Positions 8,431-18,055 are shown, numbered from the stretch's first letter. The stretch is 21,831 bases of DNA from Candidatus Phoenicimicrobium oleiphilum (GCA_039638295.1 JBDIWJ010000032.1:1-21831); one strand, 5' to 3'. Numbers and translations: made by a program. The notes: generated by a model not told the origin, from the sequence alone.

Positions 8431-9447
8431 ATGCTAGGGATGGATAGAAGCCTGGGTATAGATTTAGGGACTGTAAGTGTCATAATTTATATGAAGGGAA
8501 AAGGAATTGTGCTTCAGGAACCTTCAGTAGTATCTATTTTCCAAGATAGTGGAAAGGTAATGGCAGTGGGTGAAGAGGCGAAGAGCATGATCGGTAAAAC
8601 ACCTGGGAATATAGTTGCTATTCAACCTATGAAGAGTGGAGTAATTGCTGATTATGAAATAACAGAAAAGATGTTAAGTTATTTCATAAGGAAAGTATGT
8701 GGTAATAGTAAGGTATTTCGACCACAGGTGGTAATCTGTGTACCTTCTGGAGGAACCGAAGTAGAGAAAAGAGCGGCATTAGAAGCTGCTATGCAAGCTG
8801 GGGCAAGAAAAGCCTATTTAATCGAGGAACCAATGGCTGCAGCTATTGGAGTAGGTTTGGATATAAGTGAACCTTATGGTAATATGATTATTGATATTGG
8901 AGGAGGGACAGCAGATATAGCTGTTATTTCTCTTGGTGGGATTGTAGTTAGTGAATCATTGAGAGTGGCTAGTAATGATTTTGATGAAGAAATTATTAAA
9001 TATATTAAAAATAAATATAATTTAATAATTGGTGAAAAGACTGCGGAAACTCTAAAAATTGAAATTGGTACAGCAGTGGAATTAGAAGAAGAATTATTCA
9101 CCGAAATCAGAGGAAGAGATTTGATATCTGGTTTACCTAAAAGTATTTCTGTCGGTTCTAATGAAGTATTAAAGGCTATTTCTCCTTCGTTGAAAATAAT
9201 AATAGAGGGGGTTACAGCAGTTTTGGAAAAAACTCCTCCCGAATTGGCAGCTGATATTGTTGATAAAGGGATTATCATTACAGGAGGAGGGGCTCTATTA
9301 AGAAATTTTGATCGATTGTTAACTGAAGTAACCGGGATACCTACTTATTTAGCAGAAGACCCAATTTCATCTGTAGCATTAGGAGCAGGGAAGGTTTTAG
9401 ATAACATACATATACTAAAGAGCGGGTTAGTAAGGACATATAAATAA
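8431..9447 (+). CDS. mreB: Rod shape-determining actin-like protein MreB/Mbl
   Basis: GIDLGT, EPSVV, GVIADY, IEEPMAAAIG, DIGGGT, LEKTPPEL, TGGGALL. Position after murA and absence of mreCD are Mbl-like. Confidence 0.92.
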   Translation: MLGMDRSLGIDLGTVSVIIYMKGKGIVLQEPSVVSIFQDSGKVMAVGEEAKSMIGKTPGNIVAIQPMKSGVIADYEITEKMLSYFIRKVCGNSKVFRPQVVICVPSGGTEVEKRAALEAAMQAGARKAYLIEEPMAAAIGVGLDISEPYGNMIIDIGGGTADIAVISLGGIVVSESLRVASNDFDEEIIKYIKNKYNLIIGEKTAETLKIEIGTAVELEEELFTEIRGRDLISGLPKSISVGSNEVLKAISPSLKIIIEGVTAVLEKTPPELAADIVDKGIIITGGGALLRNFDRLLTEVTGIPTYLAEDPISSVALGAGKVLDNIHILKSGLVRTYK

Positions 9448-9449
9448 AG

Positions 9450-9680
9450 AGTCGATAGTGAATAGCTGTTAGTTAGTATTTAGTTAACCAGTTTACCAGT
9501 TACCCGGTTGGCCAGTTAATATAGTATATAGTCGTTAGTATTACTATCTTATAGCGTATAGGCGAGGGTAATAAGTGCAAGAAAAATACAAATTTCTTTG
9601 CGAGATACGAGACAGGAATTTAGTTTTGAGCTTTCATTTTTCGTTATATACTAAAATACCAAGCAACTAACTAAATTAAT
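9450..9680. repeat. Modular intergenic repeat region
   Basis: AGTCGATAGTGAATAGCTGTTAG arm from 9450; octamers TTAACCAG/TTTACCAG/TTACCCGG 9484-9518; second TAGTCGTTAG at about 9529; ATAGCGTATAGGCG 9551-9564; reverse-complement GTATCT block GCGAGATACGAGAC 9600-9613. Confidence 0.8.
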
Positions 9681-9722
9681 ATATTTATGATTGTGACCCA
9701 AAAAAGTAGACACAGTAGTAAG

Positions 9723-9799
9723 GTAGGGGCATGATGCATCGTGCCCACAGGAGAAATTAGGTAATAATATTAAGAGGGCACAATTCATTGTGCCCCTAC
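9723..9799. repeat. Inverted doublet of GTAG-type REP palindromes
   Basis: GTAGGGGCATGATGCATCGTGCCCAC (+, 9723-9748) and GTAGGGGCACAATGAATTGTGCCC (-, 9776-9799): GTAG tetranucleotide followed by a GC-clamped hairpin. Confidence 0.85.
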
Positions 9800-9920
9800 A
9801 ACTTATAATTATGACTAGAATTATAATTTACTATGAAATTATCTGCATGGTATCCTATATATAATCTGTTGAAAATATTTTGGCTTTTTAGGAAATAACC
9901 ATTTATTAAAGAAGGTAAAA

Positions 9921-11654
9921 ATGAAGATAAAGTTAAATATTATATTGTTTATAAAATTTATTTTTATTTTTTTAACTTTATTTAGCCTGAGTGTGAACAC
10001 AACCTTTTCAAATGATTTGTTTATGCCCATTTCAGAAATAAAACCAGGTATGAAGGGGATAGGTAGGACAGTTTTTCATGGAACAAAAATAGAGAATTTT
10101 CAGGTTGATATTATAGATATAATCAAAGGGGAAGAAGGAATTGATAATTTTATTCTGGCATATTTAAGCGGAGATAATATTGAGGCAGGTGGTGGGATAT
10201 CTGAAGGGATGAGTGGTAGTCCGGTCTATATAGATGGCAGATTAGTTGGAGCTGTTTCTTATGCTTGGGAAATGAGTGAACATAACCTCTGCCTTTTAAC
10301 TCCAATTCAAGAAATGTTAAAAATATTTGATTTTCAAGCTAAAGGTGAACAGTCTTTATTTCGAGAATATCAATTTAGCAAGTCGATATATCCAGTAAGT
10401 TCCTCAGTTATGGTAAGTGGCCTTAAAGATAGGTCTTTTAACCTCCTAAGTAATTCATTAAAAAGGTATAACTTAAAACCTGTTCAAGGGCCTTATGGAT
10501 TAAAGAAGATAGATCTTCAGGAAGTAGGGGAGGTTCCTTCCCAAAGAGTTGAAGCTGGTTCAGCAATAGGAATACAGCTGAGCCGAGGTGATGTCAATAT
10601 TACTTCTATTGGAACAGTGACTTATCGAGAGGGAAATAAAATATTGGCCCTGGGGCACCCTTTTTTAAAGAAAGGAGAGGTTTCCTTTCTTCTTTCTTTA
10701 GTATATATTTATCATAGTTTACCTAATATAATTATGCCTTTTAAGATAGGTACCCCTTTGAATTTGGTCGGAAAAGTAACCCAGGATAGAGAAGCTGGGA
10801 TATTGGGGGAAATTAATTCATTCCCACGAATAATTCCCCTTATGATAAATGTAGATAATTTGAATTTAAAATCATCTTTTCAAATGGAGGTTCAATTGAT
10901 AGATGATCGTGATTTATTAGAACCCTTGGTATCAGCTATAACGGTCCAAGCAATAGATAATGCCTTAAATAGAATCGGTGAAGGTACTGGGGAGGTAGCA
11001 ATAGAATTGAAGGGCATCAAAGAGGGGCAATATCTTAACAGGAAGAATATGTTTTACAGTTCAAATGATATAGCTGTTCAAGTCATTTCTGAAATACCCG
11101 AAATCATAGATTTGATTAATAATAATTATTTTGAAGCAGTGAATCTGAGCCAGATAAATATTGATATTAAAATAGAAGATGAAAAGAAAATTGGTAGGAT
11201 AGAAGAGGTGATATTAGAAGAATCATCTCTCAAGCCAGGAGATTATCTAAACGCACGAGTTAGAATTAGACCTTTTCGACAGGATTTAATTGAGAAGACT
11301 TTGACTATTAAGCTACCTTCTGATATACCTTTGGGGGAGGCTTTATTATTAGTAAGTGGTGGAGGAGATTCAGGTAATCAACAAGAAAAGCAAATTAGTG
11401 CTAATAATAAAAAGATTTATAAAAGTTTAGGCGAAATTTTTGAAGATATTACTGATAGACCGAGGGGAAATCAAATTATAGGAGAAGTAATAATTTATTC
11501 TGATAAATTAATTTCCGAAGAAAAAATTCAGGAAGTAATCAGTGAGAATGACTCAAAGAAGAAAGCAGAATTAGAGGATTTATTAATTTCCAAGATCGAA
11601 ACCGATATGGTTATAGAAGGATACCTGGAGATTCCTTTTACTGTTGAAAAATAA
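9921..11654 (+). CDS. Exported SpoIVB-like peptidase S55 domain protein
   Basis: N-terminal hydrophobic signal; EIKPGMKGIGRTVF, GISEGMSGSPVYIDGRLVGAVS (S55 catalytic Ser motif), GTVTY..ILALGHPF. Confidence 0.85.
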   Translation: MKIKLNIILFIKFIFIFLTLFSLSVNTTFSNDLFMPISEIKPGMKGIGRTVFHGTKIENFQVDIIDIIKGEEGIDNFILAYLSGDNIEAGGGISEGMSGSPVYIDGRLVGAVSYAWEMSEHNLCLLTPIQEMLKIFDFQAKGEQSLFREYQFSKSIYPVSSSVMVSGLKDRSFNLLSNSLKRYNLKPVQGPYGLKKIDLQEVGEVPSQRVEAGSAIGIQLSRGDVNITSIGTVTYREGNKILALGHPFLKKGEVSFLLSLVYIYHSLPNIIMPFKIGTPLNLVGKVTQDREAGILGEINSFPRIIPLMINVDNLNLKSSFQMEVQLIDDRDLLEPLVSAITVQAIDNALNRIGEGTGEVAIELKGIKEGQYLNRKNMFYSSNDIAVQVISEIPEIIDLINNNYFEAVNLSQINIDIKIEDEKKIGRIEEVILEESSLKPGDYLNARVRIRPFRQDLIEKTLTIKLPSDIPLGEALLLVSGGGDSGNQQEKQISANNKKIYKSLGEIFEDITDRPRGNQIIGEVIIYSDKLISEEKIQEVISENDSKKKAELEDLLISKIETDMVIEGYLEIPFTVEK

Positions 11655-11769
11655 TTTAGTCGCTAGCGAATAATAGTGAAGAGCCGTTAATGTATCTTGC
11701 GTCTGCGCTGCGCTATACTTGTACTATAACAATATCTATATATTAACGACTATTCACTAATGACTAAAT
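11654..11769. repeat. Intergenic repeat element with inverted heptamer arms
   Basis: Left ATTTAGTCGCTAGCGAATAATAGTGAAGAGCCGTTAAT 11654-11691; right ATTAACGACTATTCACTAATGACTAAAT 11742-11769 (inner 18 nt match 16/18 as inverted repeats). Confidence 0.85.
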
Positions 11770-11789
11770 AATAAATTGGATGGAAGAAT

Positions 11790-12485
11790 ATGAAAGTTGT
11801 AGCTTTAATCGCGGCTGCTGGGTTGGGCAAAAGAATGAATGCTAAAATAAGTAAGCCATTTATCCCTATTTTTGGCAAACCGATAATAGCCTATACCTTG
11901 GAAAAGTTTGAACAATGTAAGTTTATTGAGAAAATCTATCTTATAGTTAATCGTAAAGAGAAAGATTTATATTTAAAAAATATAATTTTAAGATATAATT
12001 TTACCAAAGTCCAGGGATTAATTGAGGGTGGTAAAACAAGACAGGATTCGGTTTATAATGGTCTTAAAGTTCTGGATGCTGATACAGATATTGTTGTAAT
12101 TCATGATGGTGCTCGACCTCTTGTAGAGAAAACACTTATTCAGGATTCAATCAAAACAGCGCAAAAATATGGTGCAGCTATATTAGTAATTCCAATTAAG
12201 GATACGATTAAAAAAAGCCAAAAATATATGTTTATAAATGGAACTCTTGATCGAGAACAAATTTGGAGAGCCCAGACTCCTCAATCTTTTAAATATGATA
12301 TAATATTGTCTGCCTATAAAAAAGCTTATCAAGATAAATTTTGGGCTACTGATGATGCGGCGATAGTAGAAAGATATGGTCACAAAGTAAAAATGATAAT
12401 TGGTTCGGAAGAAAATATTAAAATTACTACTCCTTTTGATATAATTATTGCTGAAAACTTTTTAAAAAGGAAATTTTTGTTTTAA
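11790..12485 (+). CDS. ispD: 2-C-methyl-D-erythritol 4-phosphate cytidylyltransferase
   Basis: AAAGLGKRM, GGKTRQDSV, IHDGARP, AQTPQ, TDDA, NIKITTPFD. Confidence 0.96.
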   Translation: MKVVALIAAAGLGKRMNAKISKPFIPIFGKPIIAYTLEKFEQCKFIEKIYLIVNRKEKDLYLKNIILRYNFTKVQGLIEGGKTRQDSVYNGLKVLDADTDIVVIHDGARPLVEKTLIQDSIKTAQKYGAAILVIPIKDTIKKSQKYMFINGTLDREQIWRAQTPQSFKYDIILSAYKKAYQDKFWATDDAAIVERYGHKVKMIIGSEENIKITTPFDIIIAENFLKRKFLF

Positions 12486-12558
12486 TAAGAAGGATTAGGT
12501 TGAGATAAAAATAAAAGAGATTTAAAAGAAAAAAATTCCCTTTAATTGGATTAAAAAT

Positions 12559-13416
12559 ATGAATGCAATTGTAATAAACAGTTATTCTAAAATAAATTTA
12601 ATCTTAAATATATTAAACAGGCGTGAGGATGGATATCATGAAATTGAGACTATAATGCAATCAGTTAATCTGGCCGATAAGATAACAATTACTGAAAAAG
12701 AAGATAGGATTGAAATAGAATGCAATAATCCTCAAGTTCCAGTTAATAATAAAAGTTTAGCATATCGGTCAGCAGAGAAGATCCTCAAGAAGTATAAAAT
12801 AGAAAGAGGAGTTAAAATAAAAATTGATAAAAATATCCCTATTGCTGGTGGAATGGCAGGAGGTTCAGCGAATTCTGCTGCGATTTTGACAGGAATAAAT
12901 AAAATATTTAATTTAAATCTCAGCAACGAAGATTTGCGGGAAATGGGGGAAGAATTAGGAATGGATGTTCCTTTTTGCTTACGAAATGGAACAGCTTTAG
13001 CTCTTCATAGAGGGGAAAAGATATTGCATCTTCCTCCTATTACTCCTCCTTTATGGATTATTGTAATAAATCCTGGTTTTGAGATATCTACTCAATGGGC
13101 TTACAATAATATCAATTTAAGGAAGACTAAAAATGGAAGAAATAATATGGAGGCTATGTTAGTCGCTTTAAAAAGGGGAATCCCCGGAGAGATCGCGAAA
13201 AATTTATTTAACTCTTTCGAAGAGTTAATTATAAAAAAATATCCTGAGGTTGGAAGGATTAAGGATAGATTACTAAATGCAGGGGCATTAGGTGCTCTTA
13301 TGTCTGGTAGTGGACCTACGGTGTTTGGAATTATGCAGAATAAAGAAGAAGCTTTAAAGGTTTATGAAAGATTAAAACAAGAATATAAATTAATCTGGTT
13401 AGTTCACACTTTCTAG
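12559..13416 (+). CDS. ispE: 4-diphosphocytidyl-2-C-methyl-D-erythritol kinase
   Basis: SKINLIL, RREDGYHEIET, KNIPIAGGMAGGSANSAA (GHMP motif), GMDVPF, MSGSGPTVF. Confidence 0.95.
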   Translation: MNAIVINSYSKINLILNILNRREDGYHEIETIMQSVNLADKITITEKEDRIEIECNNPQVPVNNKSLAYRSAEKILKKYKIERGVKIKIDKNIPIAGGMAGGSANSAAILTGINKIFNLNLSNEDLREMGEELGMDVPFCLRNGTALALHRGEKILHLPPITPPLWIIVINPGFEISTQWAYNNINLRKTKNGRNNMEAMLVALKRGIPGEIAKNLFNSFEELIIKKYPEVGRIKDRLLNAGALGALMSGSGPTVFGIMQNKEEALKVYERLKQEYKLIWLVHTF

Positions 13417-13520
13417 TCGTTAGTGAATAGTGAATAGTCGTTAACATTTCGTATCTTGTATCTTGTGAATCATATTTCGTAAACAAGATAGGGGTCAGAA
13501 GCCAGAATTCAGTATTCAGA
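13414..13520 (+). repeat. Dispersed ~102-bp composite repeat arm (TAGTCGT/TAGTGAA + YGTATCT + AGAAKTC blocks)
   Basis: 13414-13515 aligns without gaps to the reverse complement of 18271-18372 (90/102 identical by hand count); partial third copy at 1353-1423. Confidence 0.92.
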
Positions 13521-13530
13521 GGGGATAGTT

Positions 13531-14010
13531 ATGCGAGTAGGTTTTGGATATGATGTGCACCCTTTTATTATGGGAAGGAAATTAATTTTGGGAGGCGAAA
13601 TTATTCCTTATTCAAAGGGATTAAGTGGTCATTCAGATGCTGATGTTATAATTCACTCCCTGATAGATGCTTTGTTGGGAGCAGCTGGAGAAGGAGATAT
13701 TGGCCAGCATTTTCCGGATGATGACGTACAGTATAAAAATATTTCCAGTTTAAAATTATTAAAAAAAACGGATGAACTTTTAAAAACAAAAAGATTACGG
13801 GTAAACAATATTGATATTTCTATAATACTGGAGGAACCTCGGCTTTCACCTTATATTTTGCAGATGAGAAAAAATATTTCGAAAGTTTTAAACCTGTCTG
13901 TTGAAAAGATAAATATTAAAGCTACTACCAGTGAAAAGATGGGCTTTGTGGGAAGAAAAGAGGGTATCGTTTCTTATTGCGTGGTCAGTATAAATGATTA
14001 CTCAGAGTAA
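13531..14010 (+). CDS. ispF: 2-C-methyl-D-erythritol 2,4-cyclodiphosphate synthase
   Basis: MRVGFGYDVH, GHSDADV..H, DALLGA..GDIGQHFP, IKATTSEKMGFVGR.EG. Confidence 0.97.
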   Translation: MRVGFGYDVHPFIMGRKLILGGEIIPYSKGLSGHSDADVIIHSLIDALLGAAGEGDIGQHFPDDDVQYKNISSLKLLKKTDELLKTKRLRVNNIDISIILEEPRLSPYILQMRKNISKVLNLSVEKINIKATTSEKMGFVGRKEGIVSYCVVSINDYSE

Positions 14011-14013
14011 AGT

Positions 14014-14088
14014 CGTATCTCGTGCAAAGAATATGAAAATTATGAGTAGGAATTCAGAAGCTGGAATATTAGATAGCGGATAGCGTAT
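14014..14088 (+). repeat. Degenerate copy of the modular repeat blocks
   Basis: CGTATCTCGTG 14014-14024; GGAATTC AGAAGCT GGAATAT 14049-14069; ATAGCGG ATAGCGT 14073-14086. GAATATTAGATAGCG shared with 6892-6906. Confidence 0.7.
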
Positions 14089-14283
14089 AACATTTAAGGC
14101 ATAGGATATTAGTTATTTGGTTTACTGTTTATTTTAATTTGCTAGTTAAATGGTTTGATATTAATTTATTAAACATCTAAATTATATACACAATACGATA
14201 TATAAAAAGAGTTTTAAGCTTTTAATTCTTGATATAAGTAACATTACCCATTTATTTACTGTAGAAGGAGGAGATTAATAATC

Positions 14284-14679
14284 GTGGAAAAGAAAAAAGA
14301 CGAAATGAAAAACAATAAAACAATAAAAGATGAAAGAATAAGAAAAGATATTAAGGAAGAGGAAAAAGAAGAGGCAAAAGAAAAAGCTACAGAGGAAGAA
14401 AAACAAGAAGAACCTCCTAAAGAGCTTGATTTAACTACTCTTTTTGTATGGTTTATAAGTATGTTAAGTGGAAAGGCCTGGGAATATCTGGGTCTTATAA
14501 TGAATCCAGAGACAAAAAAGCTGAATAAGGATTTGAAGAAAGCCAAAATTGCCATCGATACTATCGCCTTTTTATTTGATCAAATAAAAGATGCTCTAAA
14601 CAAAGAAGATTTTAATAGAATAGAAAGTTTATTGGCAAATTTGAGAATGAATTATGTGGAGAAATTGAAAGAATCATAA
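14284..14679 (+). CDS. DUF1844 domain protein with charged N-terminal extension
   Basis: GTG start, AAGGAGG SD; AWEYLGLIMNPET...DLKKAKIAIDTI...LLANLRMNYVE pattern recognised as DUF1844. Confidence 0.75.
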   Translation: MEKKKDEMKNNKTIKDERIRKDIKEEEKEEAKEKATEEEKQEEPPKELDLTTLFVWFISMLSGKAWEYLGLIMNPETKKLNKDLKKAKIAIDTIAFLFDQIKDALNKEDFNRIESLLANLRMNYVEKLKES

Positions 14680-14713
14680 TATAAAAGAAAGTAGGGAAGA
14701 AGGTGTAAGTATA

Positions 14714-15649
14714 ATGGAAAAATTTTATCGCAAAACTGTTCTAAATCTGTTAATTTTTTTGATAATGTTAATTTTGGGTTGTGAAATAATCTATGCTCAG
14801 GACGCCCAAACTTATTATAAGAATGGATATATATATTTTACTCAGGGAAACTACGAGAAGGCAGAACAGAACTATAAAAATGCTGTTGAATTAGATCCTA
14901 ATTTTGAAGATGCTCATTACTGGTTAGGGAAAGTATATAAACAAACCGGAGATTATAGTCGCGCAGTAGAACAATGGAAAAAGGTTTTAAAAATTAATCC
15001 CAAAAATCCTTATGCTTTTAGCTACTTAATAGGCAGTTTTCAAAGCACTTCTCGAGTTAAATCAGATAAAGCAAGTGATTACTTAAACGAAGGAATTAAA
15101 ATAATTGGAAATCCAGAGGAATATCTTATAAAGCAAGATGCGCCATCTGTAGATCTTTTGCTTAGTGCTACTCCTTATTTTAAGAAAGCAATAAGTTTAG
15201 AGCCAAATTTATTAGAAGCTTATTTTTGGCTGGGAGAAATTTATTGGGTTTTAGGAGATAAGAGTACCTCTCAGTTTCGTTCATTAGCTATAGAAAATTA
15301 TGAAAAAGCTATTGACATAGAAGAAGCTACCAATTCCGTGTCTTTCAACCATCCCTCAGCATACTGGCGTTCCTATATACAATTAAGTAAAATATATAAT
15401 TCTTTAAAATGGGTGGACAAAGAAGAACAATTATGGCTAAGATTAGAAAAGGCAAGAGCACTCCCTTATCAACAAGCTTTGGATAGAAAAGGATATTTTG
15501 GTTTTGGATATCCTTCTCGAATAGATGTTAGGTTTACAGAAGGGGATAAGATAGAGAATTGGATTTATACAGAAAAAAATATTACTTTTGTGGTAATTAA
15601 TGGAGAAGTACAGGGTGAGAAAGAGAAAGAGGAGGAACAGCAATTTTAA
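14714..15649 (+). CDS. Exported tetratricopeptide repeat protein
   Basis: Signal-like N-terminus ending IYA-Q; TPR units such as [49 protein letters not shown]. Confidence 0.85.
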   Translation: MEKFYRKTVLNLLIFLIMLILGCEIIYAQDAQTYYKNGYIYFTQGNYEKAEQNYKNAVELDPNFEDAHYWLGKVYKQTGDYSRAVEQWKKVLKINPKNPYAFSYLIGSFQSTSRVKSDKASDYLNEGIKIIGNPEEYLIKQDAPSVDLLLSATPYFKKAISLEPNLLEAYFWLGEIYWVLGDKSTSQFRSLAIENYEKAIDIEEATNSVSFNHPSAYWRSYIQLSKIYNSLKWVDKEEQLWLRLEKARALPYQQALDRKGYFGFGYPSRIDVRFTEGDKIENWIYTEKNITFVVINGEVQGEKEKEEEQQF

Positions 15650-16251
15650 AAGAAAAAGAAAATATCAAACATTTAGGAATAATGGGTGGAGTATTTGACC
15701 CCATACATTATGGACATTTATTTACCGCTGAAGAAGCAAGGATTGAATTTAAGTTAGATAAAGTAATATTTGTTCCATGTCGGGAACCGGTTCATAAAAG
15801 AGAAAATAGTATTTCTGATCCAGAACACCGATATTTAATGACTGTACTGGCTATCAGCAATAATCCTTTTTTTGAAGTATCTAAAATTGAACTTAATCGA
15901 CCAGGTCCTTCTTACTCTATCGATACAGTAAAAGAATTTTTTAAAAAATATAATCATGGAATAGAAATATTTTTTATAACTGGTGCTGATGCTTTCTTGG
16001 AGATAGATTCCTGGTATAAGAGTGAAGAATTAATTAAACTTTGTCAATTTGTTGCTGCTACTCGCCCTGGATATGATTTAAACAGGTTAGACCAAAGATT
16101 TAAAAAAATAATTAAAATTATGGAGATTCCCCCCTTGTCTATATCTTCTACAGATATTAGAAGAAGGGTAAGAGAGGGCAAAAGTATTAAATACCTAGTT
16201 CCTTATAAAGTGGAAGAATACATCTACAAAAATAGATTATATCAAAGATAA
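15643..16251 (+). CDS. nadD: Nicotinate-nucleotide adenylyltransferase (start probably ATT 15643; first ATG is 15682)
   Basis: [17 protein letters not shown] (HxGH), [32 protein letters not shown]. Confidence 0.93.
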   Translation: MLKEKENIKHLGIMGGVFDPIHYGHLFTAEEARIEFKLDKVIFVPCREPVHKRENSISDPEHRYLMTVLAISNNPFFEVSKIELNRPGPSYSIDTVKEFFKKYNHGIEIFFITGADAFLEIDSWYKSEELIKLCQFVAATRPGYDLNRLDQRFKKIIKIMEIPPLSISSTDIRRRVREGKSIKYLVPYKVEEYIYKNRLYQR

Positions 16252-16275
16252 TATTTTGTTTTTTTGGAGATGAGA

Positions 16276-16851
16276 ATGGATATTGAATTGATAAAGATAA
16301 GATTAAGGGAAATGATGAGCAAAGAGAGATTTGACCATTCGATTAATGCTTCTCAAGTAGCTCGAAAGTTAGCTTTAAAGTATAATTATCATGATGTAAA
16401 TAAAGCAGAAGTAGCCGGGCTATTGCATGATTGTGCTAAAGATTTAGATTATAGCACCTTAGAGAAGATGATAGTAAAATATAATATAAAAACTGATGAA
16501 ATTATTCGGAAAATTCCTAAATTATTACATCCTTTAGTAGGTGCAGCAATGGCGGAAAAAGAATTTAATATTCAAGATCCAGCTATTTTAAAGGCAATAA
16601 GATCACACAGTACTGGAACATCCCAGATGTCCCTGTTAGATAAGATAATTTATCTAAGCGATAAAATTGAACCTTTGAGAAATAATGATGGAGTTGAAGA
16701 AACAAGGAAAATAGCAGAGTTTAGTTTAGATAAAGCGGTATTAAAGGTTTTGGATAGTGGATTATTATATTTAATTAGTAAAGGTTCTCTAATCCACCCT
16801 GTTACAATTGAAGCCCGCAATGATATCTTAAGCAAGGTGGTTTTTGCTTGA
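16276..16851 (+). CDS. yqeK: HD-domain bis(5'-nucleosyl)-tetraphosphatase YqeK
   Basis: RFDHS, AGLLHDCAK, LLHPLVGA, AIRSHSTG, IIYLSDKIEPLR; directly after nadD. GGAG favours ATG 16276 (alternatives 16264, 16270). Confidence 0.9.
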   Translation: MDIELIKIRLREMMSKERFDHSINASQVARKLALKYNYHDVNKAEVAGLLHDCAKDLDYSTLEKMIVKYNIKTDEIIRKIPKLLHPLVGAAMAEKEFNIQDPAILKAIRSHSTGTSQMSLLDKIIYLSDKIEPLRNNDGVEETRKIAEFSLDKAVLKVLDSGLLYLISKGSLIHPVTIEARNDILSKVVFA

Positions 16852-18035
16852 TGTATGAAAATAATTTAGAAAAGAAGATAAAAAGAAATAGTAGAAAATA
16901 TCTAAGAAAGAAAAAAGATAAAAAATTTTTCTTAATTGTATTTTCTATTTTTCTATTAGCCATTTTAATTATTTTCTTTAAATATTTAGGAATATTTCCG
17001 TTTAGTTCAGATATATTATCCTTTAATCGAATAAATATACTAATTGTGGGTTGCGATGAAGTTGAAAATCATGGACGTGCCGATACCATAGTGCTTTTAA
17101 GTATCTCCCCTAAGGCTAAGGATGCTCTTATTTTATCTATACCTCGAGATACCCGAGTGGAAATCCCCGGGAGAGGAATGGATAAAATAAACCATGCCTA
17201 TGCCTTTGGGGGAATAGATTTAATAAGTAAAACAGTCAGATCATTTTTAGATATCCCTCTCCATTTTTATGTTGTAGCTGATTTTGAAGGCTTTGTTAGC
17301 ATAATTGATGCCTTAGGTGGAGTAGAAGTTGATGTAGAAAAAGAAATGTATTATGTGGATAAAGCAGGAGGGGTAAAAATTGACCTTCATCCTGGGAAGC
17401 AAATATTGGATGGTGAAAAAGCATTAGAATACATTAGATTCAGGCAGGATAAATTAGGTGATCTAGGCAGGATAAAAAGGCAGCAAAAATTAGCCATTGC
17501 TCTGGTTAATAAGATAATGAAATATAATTCTGTACTAAAAATTCCCCAACTATTAGAAGAAGTAAAAGATTGTATTAATACTAATATAGAATTGCAAGAT
17601 GCGGTCACTTTAGCCAATTTGTTTAGTGGTGTAAGCCAGGAAAAGTTTAAATTTGAAACTATTCAGGGTACCCCAATTTACATTGAGGGAATCAGTTATT
17701 TAGAACCAAATGTGGAAGAAGTACGACAAAGAATTAACTCACTGCTTTACAGTCAAAATAGTGGCATAAAAGTAGAGGTTTTAAATGGAAGTGGTCTATC
17801 AGGTATTGCTCATAGAGTGGCTAAAGAATTAGAATTGCAGGGGTTTGAAATTGTGAATATTGGTAATGCAGATAATTTTAATTATGAAAAAACTAAAATT
17901 GTAGTTTGCTCAAAAAAGATAAATTTAGATAATGAATTTAAACGATTATTTAAAGATTTTGAAATGGTTAAAGATTATCAAGCCGATGCTGACTTAGATT
18001 TAGTTATAATATTAGGGAAGGATATGACAGAATAG
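16851..18035 (+). CDS. LytR-CpsA-Psr (LCP) family protein with C-terminal LytR_C domain
   Basis: TM anchor; GRADTI, SIPRDTRV, KINHAY, IDALGGV, YIRFR..GDLGRIKRQQ; C-terminal VEVLNGSG..GIA..GNAD..VIILGKD. TGATG overlap with yqeK (TTG 16848 alternative). Confidence 0.92.
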   Translation: MYENNLEKKIKRNSRKYLRKKKDKKFFLIVFSIFLLAILIIFFKYLGIFPFSSDILSFNRINILIVGCDEVENHGRADTIVLLSISPKAKDALILSIPRDTRVEIPGRGMDKINHAYAFGGIDLISKTVRSFLDIPLHFYVVADFEGFVSIIDALGGVEVDVEKEMYYVDKAGGVKIDLHPGKQILDGEKALEYIRFRQDKLGDLGRIKRQQKLAIALVNKIMKYNSVLKIPQLLEEVKDCINTNIELQDAVTLANLFSGVSQEKFKFETIQGTPIYIEGISYLEPNVEEVRQRINSLLYSQNSGIKVEVLNGSGLSGIAHRVAKELELQGFEIVNIGNADNFNYEKTKIVVCSKKINLDNEFKRLFKDFEMVKDYQADADLDLVIILGKDMTE

Positions 18036-18055
18036 TCGTTAGTGAATAGATGTTA

